A stretch of 64,000 bases of DNA from the IMG/VR virus record IMGVR_UViG_3300017824_001452. One strand, 5' to 3'. The translations under genes and the position numbers were made by a program. Shown piece after piece: positions 1 to 8,411 of the stretch; position 1 is the first letter of the stretch, and each line of letters begins with the position of its first letter. The notes under the pieces are model-generated. The model saw only the letters and a program-made list of their open reading frames with translations. It had not been told where the DNA came from and searched no databases. The DNA comes from a virus.

Positions 1-1047
1 TCGATACAAGAAGTGGCTACAGGCGCAGGAAAGACTATTATGACTGCGGCACTAAGTAAGAGTGTAGAATCATATGGTCGAAGTATTGTGATCGTACCTA
101 ACAAAAGTTTAGTATCACAAACCGAAGAAGATTATATCAACATGGGTTTAGATGTAGGTGTATACTTTGGTGATCGTAAAGAATATTTTAAACAACATAC
201 TATTTGTACTTGGCAATCTCTAAACATTCTGTTAAAGAATACGAAAAGAGGTGAAGTAGATTGTACTATAGGAGAGTTCATTGAAGGTGTTGTTTGTGTC
301 ATTGTAGATGAAGTACATATGGCAAAAGCAGATGCATTGAAGCAACTGTTAACAGGTGTAATGGCACATGTTCCCATCAGATGGGGACTAACAGGAACAG
401 TACCCAAAGCAAAGTATGAATCAATTGCTTTGCAAGTAAGTTTAGGTCCTGTTATTAATAAACTATCTGCAAAAGAATTGCAAGATAAAGGAGTACTTGC
501 TAAGTGTCACGTGAACATAGTACAGTTACAAGACGAACAGGAGTTCAGTAACTATCAAAGTGAACTAAAGCATTTGCTCAGTGATGAAAAACGATTAGAT
601 AAGATGGCAAGTCTGATCGATACAATACAAGAGTCGGGTAATACTTTGATTCTTGTTGATCGTATCGCGGCAGGACATGCCCTTGTTGAACGTTTAGATG
701 ATGCAGTTTTTGTATCAGGAGGCATGAAAGTAAATGACAGAAAAGAAGAATATGATGACGTTGCCATTAGTGATAATAAAATCATTGTTGCTACTTATGG
801 CGTGGCTTCTACTGGTATCAATATTCCTAGGATTTTTAATCTTGTACTCATTGAGCCAGGTAAGTCTTTTGTTCGTGTCATACAGTCAATCGGTCGTGGC
901 ATTCGTAAAGCAGAAGATAAAGACTTTGTTCAAATTTGGGACTTAACAAGTTCCTGTCGTTTTGCAAAAAGACATTTAACCCAACGTAAACATTTCTACA
1001 GAGAAGCAAACTATCCGTTTGTTGTAGAAAAATTAAACTACAAATGA
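1..1047 (+). CDS. uvsW: UvsW-like superfamily 2 DNA helicase (5' end runs off window)
   Basis: Frame open from base 1; Walker A ATGAGKT, DEVH, GLTGT, QSIGRGIR motifs. Confidence 0.9.
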   Translation, partial: SIQEVATGAGKTIMTAALSKSVESYGRSIVIVPNKSLVSQTEEDYINMGLDVGVYFGDRKEYFKQHTICTWQSLNILLKNTKRGEVDCTIGEFIEGVVCVIVDEVHMAKADALKQLLTGVMAHVPIRWGLTGTVPKAKYESIALQVSLGPVINKLSAKELQDKGVLAKCHVNIVQLQDEQEFSNYQSELKHLLSDEKRLDKMASLIDTIQESGNTLILVDRIAAGHALVERLDDAVFVSGGMKVNDRKEEYDDVAISDNKIIVATYGVASTGINIPRIFNLVLIEPGKSFVRVIQSIGRGIRKAEDKDFVQIWDLTSSCRFAKRHLTQRKHFYREANYPFVVEKLNYK

Positions 1048-1061
1048 TTTTACCGATTAAC

Positions 1062-1090
1062 TTGAATAATTCTGCAAGGAGCAGTATAAT
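1062..1090 (+). promoter_or_regulatory. sigma70-type early promoter
   Basis: TTGAAT-N17-TATAAT; ATG 6 nt downstream. Confidence 0.75.
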
Positions 1091-1096
1091 AACAAA

Positions 1097-1597
1097 ATGA
1101 GAATACTAACATTAGAAGACCAATACTATAATTTAGAAACGTTACCAGAAGAAATCGATGACCTTCGATTTGCAATTTTAGATAATTCTAATCCTACATT
1201 CGTGGATTACTATTACATTCCACTTATCTTTTTAGAGTCATTCAATGCTCCAGCAGTTGTATTGCAAGTTGGTGACAAGCAGATTAAGATGCCAGTTGAT
1301 TGGCAAGTGTTGATCGGTGATGAAGAAGGTGGAGACTTAGAAACACTTCCCCTCTCATCTTTGAATGACAGAGGCTTTTCAGTCTTTTCATTTAATCCGT
1401 TATCGTCATTCTCTCCAGGCTTTCTCCCAATAGAGATTGTAGACATTTATTCAGATGTAACATGGTACGCACCAAGACTACGTAACGGTCAGTTCTTATG
1501 TGTGCCTTTAGATGATGGTCCCAAGCCAAGATGTATCTACTTTGTTAAAGAAATTAGTAGAAATTGTGAAGTTGTAGATTATGCTCAAGTCTTTTGA
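1097..1597 (+). CDS. hypothetical protein (possible degenerate Hint-like fold)
   Basis: 166-aa ORF with its own promoter; beta-rich pattern. Confidence 0.75.
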   Translation: MRILTLEDQYYNLETLPEEIDDLRFAILDNSNPTFVDYYYIPLIFLESFNAPAVVLQVGDKQIKMPVDWQVLIGDEEGGDLETLPLSSLNDRGFSVFSFNPLSSFSPGFLPIEIVDIYSDVTWYAPRLRNGQFLCVPLDDGPKPRCIYFVKEISRNCEVVDYAQVF

Positions 1598-1736
1598 TCA
1601 TTGGAAGAATGTCTGCAAACTACATTGGAAAGAAATAGTTACACTGTCTATTGCATTGCACTGGATAGTTGATTTGTTTATTATAGCACCCTTATCGATA
1701 GCAATAGGGTGGTTTGCAAGAGGTTACTTTGGCTAG
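1581..1736 (+). CDS. small membrane protein, 51 aa (not in ORF track)
   Basis: MLKSFDHWKNVCKLHWKEIVTLSIALHWIVDLFIIAPLSIAIGWFARGYFG; fills the gap and overlaps both neighbours. Confidence 0.65.
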   Translation: MLKSFDHWKNVCKLHWKEIVTLSIALHWIVDLFIIAPLSIAIGWFARGYFG

Positions 1737-2316
1737 AGCAAAAACTCCAACAGATGAAAAGTTTGAAAAACAAGACTTCAACTTGTTTGAAGCAATAGCG
1801 GCAATCGATAAAAAAGATTATGATTATTACGATAGACTAACTCCTGAACAACAAAAGAAGTTTGTTCCGTTTATGATGCTACATTGGATTAGTGTAGTAA
1901 AAGGTAAACGTGAGTTGTCGCAATACTATTTACAGAGTGTTGACTATCATGCCAACACACATTTGTTTAATGAAAACGTAATGCATCATCCTAAATTACA
2001 ATGGTTGATGTTATGTGCGGCGAGTCCAGGCATTGGTAAACAATTTCATCAATGGATCCCTCACATTAAAGCAGGCGTAAGCAAGTTAAAAGATACTGCA
2101 AAGCCTAAAGATATAAAAGATTACTATAAAAAAGTATATCCTAAACTAACAGCAGGAGAACTCACTGAGATAGCAAAATTGTTTTGTGAACAACACAAAC
2201 GCAAAATGTATCTAGCAGAAAAGTTTCCAGAATTAAAATTTGATGAGGTAGAATTACTTAGTGAACTCGTTACAGATAATGAAATCGAAGAATACGAAAA
2301 AGAACTCGGCAACTAA
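1729..2316 (+). CDS. clamp loader small subunit (T4 gp62-like)
   Basis: FVPFMMLHWIS...HPKLQWLML...FHQWI pattern resembles gp62; TTG start at 1729 after AGAGG; gp44 homologue present in window. Confidence 0.55.
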   Translation: MARAKTPTDEKFEKQDFNLFEAIAAIDKKDYDYYDRLTPEQQKKFVPFMMLHWISVVKGKRELSQYYLQSVDYHANTHLFNENVMHHPKLQWLMLCAASPGIGKQFHQWIPHIKAGVSKLKDTAKPKDIKDYYKKVYPKLTAGELTEIAKLFCEQHKRKMYLAEKFPELKFDEVELLSELVTDNEIEEYEKELGN

Positions 2317-2989
2317 AAAGTTTGGTTGCGATTTTTGCGGAAGAAGTTTTGCAAAAGAAAGTACTATTGAAAAACATCTTTGTGAACAGAAACGCAGATA
2401 TGGTGATAGGAACCTTAAAGGTAATCGTATAGGTTTTAATGCATGGTTAAACTTCTATGCACAAAACACTTCTAGCAAAAAACAAAAAACTTATGTGGAC
2501 TTTACTAAAAGTTCTTATTATCTAGCCTTTGTTAAGTTCGGTCATTATTGTGTTAACACAAGATGTATCAATGTGAATCGTTATGCTGATTGGTTGCTTA
2601 GAAATCAAATTAGAATTGACAGTTGGACTAGTGATAAAAACTACACTAAGTTTATTGTTGAATATCTTAGACAAGAAGATCCATTAGATGCAATTGCTCG
2701 TAGCATGGAGACTCTTATCGAAATTTGTAAAGATGATCAGATAGAAAGTAAAGATGCATTTAGATATGGTGCTCCAAATAGAATCTGTTATGAAGTCACA
2801 ACAGGAAGAGTATCGCCTTGGTCGTTGTATCAGAGTGAGTCTGGTGCAGAGTTTCTAAGTAAGTTAGATGAAGTACAACAAAAAATGGTATTAGAATATA
2901 TTGACCCTGAGAAGTGGGCGATTAAATTTAACCGTGATGCAGAAGTTGTAGTTGAAGTAAAAGAGTTATTGAGGCAAGCAGGGTATTGA
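2279..2989 (+). CDS. hypothetical protein with N-terminal C2H2/C2HC-type zinc finger
   Basis: CDFCGRSFAKESTIEKHLC; start uncertain (2261 GTG or 2279 ATG). Confidence 0.75.
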   Translation: MKSKNTKKNSATKKFGCDFCGRSFAKESTIEKHLCEQKRRYGDRNLKGNRIGFNAWLNFYAQNTSSKKQKTYVDFTKSSYYLAFVKFGHYCVNTRCINVNRYADWLLRNQIRIDSWTSDKNYTKFIVEYLRQEDPLDAIARSMETLIEICKDDQIESKDAFRYGAPNRICYEVTTGRVSPWSLYQSESGAEFLSKLDEVQQKMVLEYIDPEKWAIKFNRDAEVVVEVKELLRQAGY

Positions 2990-3378
2990 ATACAGTAGAA
3001 GTACATTTACAATTTTATGAACTAGATGGTCGATGGAAAGGACATGACATATTCAAGTGGTGTTGTGTCACTAAAACTCCTCCCAGATATGAACGTTTTC
3101 ATCCTAGACCTTTAGCACATACTGATTTGTCTTCTATTATAAATTTTAATAAAGTACGAGATTGGTGTTGGGATACATGGGGACCTAGTTGTGATATGAA
3201 AGATTACGACAGAGTACATGAATTATCAAACTTTATGAGCCTAGCACAATACAACGACAGTACATACGATACACTAAATGAAAACTGGTGTTGGTCTAAT
3301 GAAGAAGATCATAAGCAACGTAGAATATATCTAGCAGGTGACGAAGAACGTGTGTGGCTAGAAACGAGGTGGCAATGA
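2986..3378 (+). CDS. hypothetical protein
   Basis: 130-aa Trp-rich ORF, 4-nt overlaps with both neighbours. Confidence 0.7.
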   Translation: MNTVEVHLQFYELDGRWKGHDIFKWCCVTKTPPRYERFHPRPLAHTDLSSIINFNKVRDWCWDTWGPSCDMKDYDRVHELSNFMSLAQYNDSTYDTLNENWCWSNEEDHKQRRIYLAGDEERVWLETRWQ

Positions 3379-4181
3379 GTCAGTGGCACGGCGGAAAAGG
3401 ATCCGCACCTAGAAAGGGTGAAAATCAAAAAGCCTATGCCGCTAACTATGATCGTATCTTCGGTAAAAAAGATATCATTAATGATCAATTATCACATGAA
3501 GGCAGGGGTTTTGATATCATAAATGATATCGTATCAGACGACCTTATTCAACGTATAAACGACAGAAAGGACGAACTCTACCCTGTACGTGCATCCACAC
3601 ATAAGAAGCAGTATGCAGAAGCAGAGGCATGTAAGAAACTATTTGGCATTGCTGTATGGTGGAGTCAACTCACGGATGATTGGGACGAAGTACAAGAGAT
3701 ACATGAACTCATCTATCCTGAAATCAAAAAGCATTTAACTGATGCAACATTTTATGCAAGTGATATCGTAACAATCAATGGTCCAAGCAGATGGGTAGGA
3801 CCTCATATTGATACACCGCACAGATTTAAAAAATATAATAAAAGAGAAAACAATGATGTCTGTGGTATACAAGTTATTATTCCACTTGATGACTTAGACA
3901 AAGACACAGGAGCAACTGGACTTATTCCTTATAGTCATCAACAAGATTGGGATATACAAGATTGCTATGAAGGCGTGCATGATGAATACTTTTTAGAGAA
4001 TGCAGAACAATATGATATGCCAAAAGGTAGTATCTTGTTTTACAATACTCGTTTAATGCATTCTACTATGCCATTACATTTACCCAAAAAACGTTCCATT
4101 TTGTTGATTAATTACCTCAGAAATGATATAATAAAAGAAATAAAAGACGAAGATAACGTATGGAGTTCTAATGGCAAATGA
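3375..4181 (+). CDS. 2OG-Fe(II) dioxygenase (PhyH-like) with N-terminal GGKGS peptide
   Basis: HxD (PHID), IPLDD...GAT..IPYSH, KGSILFYNTRLMHS...R; ATGA overlap supports start at 3375. Confidence 0.8.
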   Translation: MSQWHGGKGSAPRKGENQKAYAANYDRIFGKKDIINDQLSHEGRGFDIINDIVSDDLIQRINDRKDELYPVRASTHKKQYAEAEACKKLFGIAVWWSQLTDDWDEVQEIHELIYPEIKKHLTDATFYASDIVTINGPSRWVGPHIDTPHRFKKYNKRENNDVCGIQVIIPLDDLDKDTGATGLIPYSHQQDWDIQDCYEGVHDEYFLENAEQYDMPKGSILFYNTRLMHSTMPLHLPKKRSILLINYLRNDIIKEIKDEDNVWSSNGK

Positions 4182-4713
4182 CGTAATGATAGATATGGAA
4201 ACTCTAAGTACAGATCCTGATTGTGTTATTTTAACAATCGGTGCTGTTCGTTTTGATCCTATGGGTACTGGAGTCGTAGAAAAACTAGAACTACGTCCTG
4301 AGATAGATTCGCAAACAGAAGAATTAAATAGACATATAAACCCTGATACATTAAGGTGGTGGGGAGAACAAAGTGAGGATGCAATTGATGAAGCAATGGG
4401 TGACAGAGATAGGATTCCGTTTAAAGATGCAATGGATCAGTTATACAAGTTCTGCTGGAATCGCAGAGCAGTTTGGTCTAATGGCGCTGGTTTTGATATT
4501 GTTGTTGCAGAGAATGCCTTTAGGCAATTAGAAATGCCGATACCCTGGCCTTTCTACACTATTAGAGACACAAGAACAATATATGATCTTTGCAACGTAT
4601 CTCTTAAAGATGGTCAAGCAGTAACGTCTCACAAGGCTGTAGAAGACGCAGAACACCAAGCAATCGTTGTGCAACGTGCATATCAGAAACTTAAACAAGC
4701 AGGACTTAAATGA
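4171..4713 (+). CDS. DEDDh 3'-5' exonuclease
   Basis: DMETL (ExoI), NGAGFD (ExoII), HKAVEDA (ExoIII). Confidence 0.85.
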   Translation: MANDVMIDMETLSTDPDCVILTIGAVRFDPMGTGVVEKLELRPEIDSQTEELNRHINPDTLRWWGEQSEDAIDEAMGDRDRIPFKDAMDQLYKFCWNRRAVWSNGAGFDIVVAENAFRQLEMPIPWPFYTIRDTRTIYDLCNVSLKDGQAVTSHKAVEDAEHQAIVVQRAYQKLKQAGLK

Positions 4714-5291
4714 GTATACAGTCAGATATTGATATTGACTTTGGAGATAGAGAAAAACTACTCAAGTTGATTAAACATGTACCTGCGGCAATGCGTGATG
4801 TAGAGCCAATAAAGAAACATCCTACTGGTGTATACATAACAGATGTACCCTATGACCCTGTAAATGATATGTGTTCTTTAGATTATAAAGAAGCAGATCA
4901 AAGAGGATACTTTAAGTTAGACCTGTTAAATGTTAACATCTATAAAGCAGTAAAAGATGAATTACATTTAATTAGTCTTATGACTGAGCCTAATTGGGAA
5001 CGATTAAAAGAAAGAAATTTTGTATCTGTGTTGTTGCATCTAAACAAACAATATGATGTTATGCAACAAATGCCAGAGCCTATTAATAGTATTCCAAGAT
5101 TAGCAATGTTCTTGGCTATTATTCGTCCAGCAAAAAGAAATCTTATTGGGAAGACATGGAAAGAGATAAGTAAAACTGTGTGGATTGACAACAATACAGG
5201 ATACACGTTTAAAAAGTCACATGCAGTGGCATATGCACAATTAGTTGTAGTGCATATGAATTTATTAGAGGAGCAAGATGAGTCAATATGA
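4710..5291 (+). CDS. dnaE: DNA polymerase III alpha-like, catalytic C-terminal half of a split minimal enzyme
   Basis: SDIDIDF, KHPTGV, FKLDLL, LAIIRP and YTFKKSHAVAYA match DnaE motifs PDFDVDF, KHAGGV, KFDFLG, ALFRPG and YGFNKSH..AY. Confidence 0.85.
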   Translation: MSIQSDIDIDFGDREKLLKLIKHVPAAMRDVEPIKKHPTGVYITDVPYDPVNDMCSLDYKEADQRGYFKLDLLNVNIYKAVKDELHLISLMTEPNWERLKERNFVSVLLHLNKQYDVMQQMPEPINSIPRLAMFLAIIRPAKRNLIGKTWKEISKTVWIDNNTGYTFKKSHAVAYAQLVVVHMNLLEEQDESI

Positions 5292-5550
5292 CGATAGAGT
5301 AGAAAGACAGAGACAAATGTTAGCGGCCGAAGAGTGGTCAAGAGGCGTAAAAGCAATACATGCACATTCATTTACTACTATGCATTACGAAACAAACCCA
5401 GATAGAACAGGTGATGATTTACGTGTATTAGATATAGAATATAATGACGGCACAGTAGAAAGAGAATACATAGTATCAGGTCGAAAAGAAATAATAGGAA
5501 CAAAACTTAAAGGTGAAATGTTATTGTTTGAGTATCAGAGGCACATCTAA
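5278..5550 (+). CDS. hypothetical protein
   Basis: 90-aa ORF with GAGGAG RBS, coupled to neighbours. Confidence 0.7.
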   Translation: MSQYDDRVERQRQMLAAEEWSRGVKAIHAHSFTTMHYETNPDRTGDDLRVLDIEYNDGTVEREYIVSGRKEIIGTKLKGEMLLFEYQRHI

Positions 5551-6104
5551 TGGAAGAATTGACACTAAACTTAATACCAGAAAACGATCCTAAATTAAAG
5601 GAACCTTGTGAGCCTTGGGACTTTAAACTCGACGGTGATCCAACTGAACTAATTAAAGCAATGACTAAAGTGATGTTTAATCCTAATCATCCTGGCATTG
5701 GTTTAGCCGCACCACAATGTGGCGTAATGAAAAATATATTAATCATGGGCACAGATGAAAAGTTAATGGCTTTTATTAATCCTCAAGTAGATGAACTTAG
5801 AGGAGAAAAAGAATTATTTTTAGAAGGGTGCTTAAGTTATCCTGATCTATGGTTGCATGTTCCAAGACAACCTGAATGCGTAGTCACCTATCAACAAATC
5901 GATGGTGAAGTCGTTAAAGAAAAACATCTTACTGGTATTCAAGCACGTGTATTTTTACATGAATATGATCACCTATTAGGTATCACGTTTGAAGAACGTG
6001 TACAAAGTAAACTTAGTTTAGAATTGGCTAGAAAACGCAGAGCAAAAAAGAAACGCCAAAGTGCTAAACTGGCTAGAAGACTTAAATTCCCTTCTGTTTC
6101 TTAG
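5550..6104 (+). CDS. def: peptide deformylase
   Basis: GIGLAAPQ, EGCLS, HEYDHLLG motifs. Confidence 0.95.
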   Translation: MEELTLNLIPENDPKLKEPCEPWDFKLDGDPTELIKAMTKVMFNPNHPGIGLAAPQCGVMKNILIMGTDEKLMAFINPQVDELRGEKELFLEGCLSYPDLWLHVPRQPECVVTYQQIDGEVVKEKHLTGIQARVFLHEYDHLLGITFEERVQSKLSLELARKRRAKKKRQSAKLARRLKFPSVS

Positions 6105-6493
6105 TAAGGTCGTTTTACTAAAGTAATCGATTTTCTTTTAACTCTTTTCTTTTGGAAGTCAGTCATTGACACAATCGGTCCATGCAACAATGTTAATGAC
6201 TTATTATTGAATGTTCTTAAGAAAGGTTTAAACATTGCCCACTCTTGCTTAAGAAATAAATGAATTGGTATTTGACGATTTGATTCCCACCACCAAACAT
6301 CTCCTAATTCTAAAAACTTTAGTCTTTTTTCAGGATCAACTATTGCACCATAGTCATAGATAGTTGTAACAAGATCATCACGGTTTTGAACAATGCCCAC
6401 AAAGTCTTGTCCGGCATATTGTAACACCGAAATAAACGGGTGAGTCTCTGTCAATTTGACAAAAAAGTCGATGGGTTTCTTTGAATCTGTCAT
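6101..6493 (-). CDS. hypothetical protein
   Basis: 130-aa ORF; TAAATA late-promoter motif 10 nt upstream on the minus strand (6504-6509). Confidence 0.75.
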   Translation of the reverse strand: MTDSKKPIDFFVKLTETHPFISVLQYAGQDFVGIVQNRDDLVTTIYDYGAIVDPEKRLKFLELGDVWWWESNRQIPIHLFLKQEWAMFKPFLRTFNNKSLTLLHGPIVSMTDFQKKRVKRKSITLVKRPY

Positions 6494-6556
6494 GTCTGTA
6501 AAGTATTTAGTACGATGAAAAAAATGGTCAAATTTCTTGGTAAACGCACCTAAAGA

Positions 6557-6562
6557 TAAATA
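6557..6562 (+). promoter_or_regulatory. T4-like late promoter (GATAAATA)
   Basis: TAAATA followed by AGGAG RBS and GTG start; divergent partner at 6504-6509. Confidence 0.7.
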
Positions 6563-6585
6563 TATTCTATAGGAGATTAAAATTT

Positions 6586-7386
6586 GTGTCTTACACTACA
6601 TCAGTATATACTTATACAGTCAGACAAATCGTTGTGGTTTTGTCAGGCACAAGCCCGAGGAAATATATGCCAGTTTATTCAAAACCATTAACCTTAAATA
6701 AAGGTGTCGATAATCAATTACAGTTTCAGTTTCTAAATCAGGAACAAAAGCCTGTTGACTTGTCATATATTGCAACTGAAAGTCAACAAATATCATTTAG
6801 AGCCATCAACTCAGATGGTACCGAAATCCTTTTCAGAAAGGCATTGACACCTGTACTTGATGTCAACGGTATATTTCAATTAAACACAACAGCGGCTGAA
6901 ATTGAAGATATTGAATCGCAAAAATGTTTTTATTCATTAGAATGGCCAAGTGGTAATCTTAATTTACCTGTCTTTGTAGATTCTAAAGCAGGTGCTAGAG
7001 GTGATTTAAATATTGTTGACTCAATACTACCTTCGTTTGTACCATCACAGAACGTAACAATACCAAACGATCAACCATTTCCTAATGCAAATGCTAATGC
7101 AAATTCAGAAGCAGTAACATTTTATTCAAGTATTATCAACACGCAAGATAATCCTGTATTAACTACTTCAATCGACTATGCAAATTATGTAGGCAATGTC
7201 ACTATTCAAGGATCAACTTTAGTTGATGCAAACTTTTATGATATTGAAACACACACATATGGTAATGCAGAAACAGGCGAGAGTGAATCTAGGACTATAG
7301 GTTATACAATCGACGGCTATCATCCATTCGTAAAGGTTAAATTTGAATCTAATGTGGGTAACATAGTTACTATTTTGGCTAGATAA
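6586..7386 (+). CDS. putative virion structural protein
   Basis: Late promoter, beta-rich; C-terminal domain resembles ORF 60980-61348. Confidence 0.6.
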   Translation: MSYTTSVYTYTVRQIVVVLSGTSPRKYMPVYSKPLTLNKGVDNQLQFQFLNQEQKPVDLSYIATESQQISFRAINSDGTEILFRKALTPVLDVNGIFQLNTTAAEIEDIESQKCFYSLEWPSGNLNLPVFVDSKAGARGDLNIVDSILPSFVPSQNVTIPNDQPFPNANANANSEAVTFYSSIINTQDNPVLTTSIDYANYVGNVTIQGSTLVDANFYDIETHTYGNAETGESESRTIGYTIDGYHPFVKVKFESNVGNIVTILAR

Positions 7387-7400
7387 GTTACCCTGTTTAC

Positions 7401-7429
7401 TTGTTTTAACTCTTATTTTCGTCTATAAT
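7401..7429 (+). promoter_or_regulatory. sigma70-type early promoter
   Basis: TTGTTT-N17-TATAAT; ATG 7 nt downstream. Confidence 0.6.
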
Positions 7430-7436
7430 ATCAGAT

Positions 7437-8411
7437 ATGTTTGATATACTTACGATTGTCCCAGGCAAAAAGAAGCAGACGCAGAGTGGATGGACTTCAT
7501 TCAATGCGCCTTGTTGCCATCACAATGGACATAACCCTGACAAAAGAATGCGAGGGGGAATTAAAGCAGACGGTGATGATTGGAACTATCATTGTTTTAA
7601 TTGTGGCTTTAAGTGCGGTTTCAAACTAGGCAGAGCAATTAGTAAACGCACACGTAACTTTTTATCATGGTGTAATATGCCAGACCAAGATATTAATAAA
7701 TGGTCGTTGCATTCTATTCAACACAAAGATTTGATAGATTCTATCCTACACAAAAAGAAACAACAGAAGTTACCTACGTTTAAAGAAAAGCCAATGCCAG
7801 AAGGTGAGTTGATTTATACTGCTAATAAAGATCATCAAGTGTACATTGACTACTTGAACAAAAGAGGATTACAACACAACGACTATCCTTTTATGGTTAA
7901 TCCCAATGCAGAGGGAAGACAATCGCAGGGTATAATTATCCCTTACACATATGAAAACAAAGTTGTAGGTAGTACAATAAGATTTATGGACGATAGAAAT
8001 CCTAAGTTCATAAATGATCAACAACAAGGATATGTATTTGGTACTGATTTACAAAAAGATAGTTGGGAAGTCGTATTAGTTTTTGAAGGTATTTTTGATG
8101 CTATCTCAATGAACGGTTTAGCACTGACACATGACACAATTAATGACAATCAAGTTGCTGTCATTAACAAATTGGGTAAACGTGTTATTGTTGTTCCTGA
8201 TCAGGATAAAACAGGTTTAAGTATATGTGAAAGAGCATTAGAACTAGGTTTTGATGTGTCTTTACCTAACTGGTCAGAAGATATTAAAGATGCAAATGAT
8301 GCTGTAATTAAATATGGTCGTCTGAATACTCTACTAAGTATATTAGACTCCGCAACAAACAGCAAAATTAAAGTAGAAGTTATGAGGAATAAAATTGCTA
8401 AAAGAATTTAA
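7437..8411 (+). CDS. DNA primase (gp61/DnaG-like)
   Basis: Zn-binding CCHH...HCFNC; TOPRIM EGIFDA, PDQD..G, KDAND. Confidence 0.85.
   Translation: MFDILTIVPGKKKQTQSGWTSFNAPCCHHNGHNPDKRMRGGIKADGDDWNYHCFNCGFKCGFKLGRAISKRTRNFLSWCNMPDQDINKWSLHSIQHKDLIDSILHKKKQQKLPTFKEKPMPEGELIYTANKDHQVYIDYLNKRGLQHNDYPFMVNPNAEGRQSQGIIIPYTYENKVVGSTIRFMDDRNPKFINDQQQGYVFGTDLQKDSWEVVLVFEGIFDAISMNGLALTHDTINDNQVAVINKLGKRVIVVPDQDKTGLSICERALELGFDVSLPNWSEDIKDANDAVIKYGRLNTLLSILDSATNSKIKVEVMRNKIAKRI

Noticed and set aside
4710-5291. Split-intein trans-splicing of DnaE
   Set aside because: Neither half carries intein N- or C-terminal sequence (no CL... start, no ...HN/C junction)
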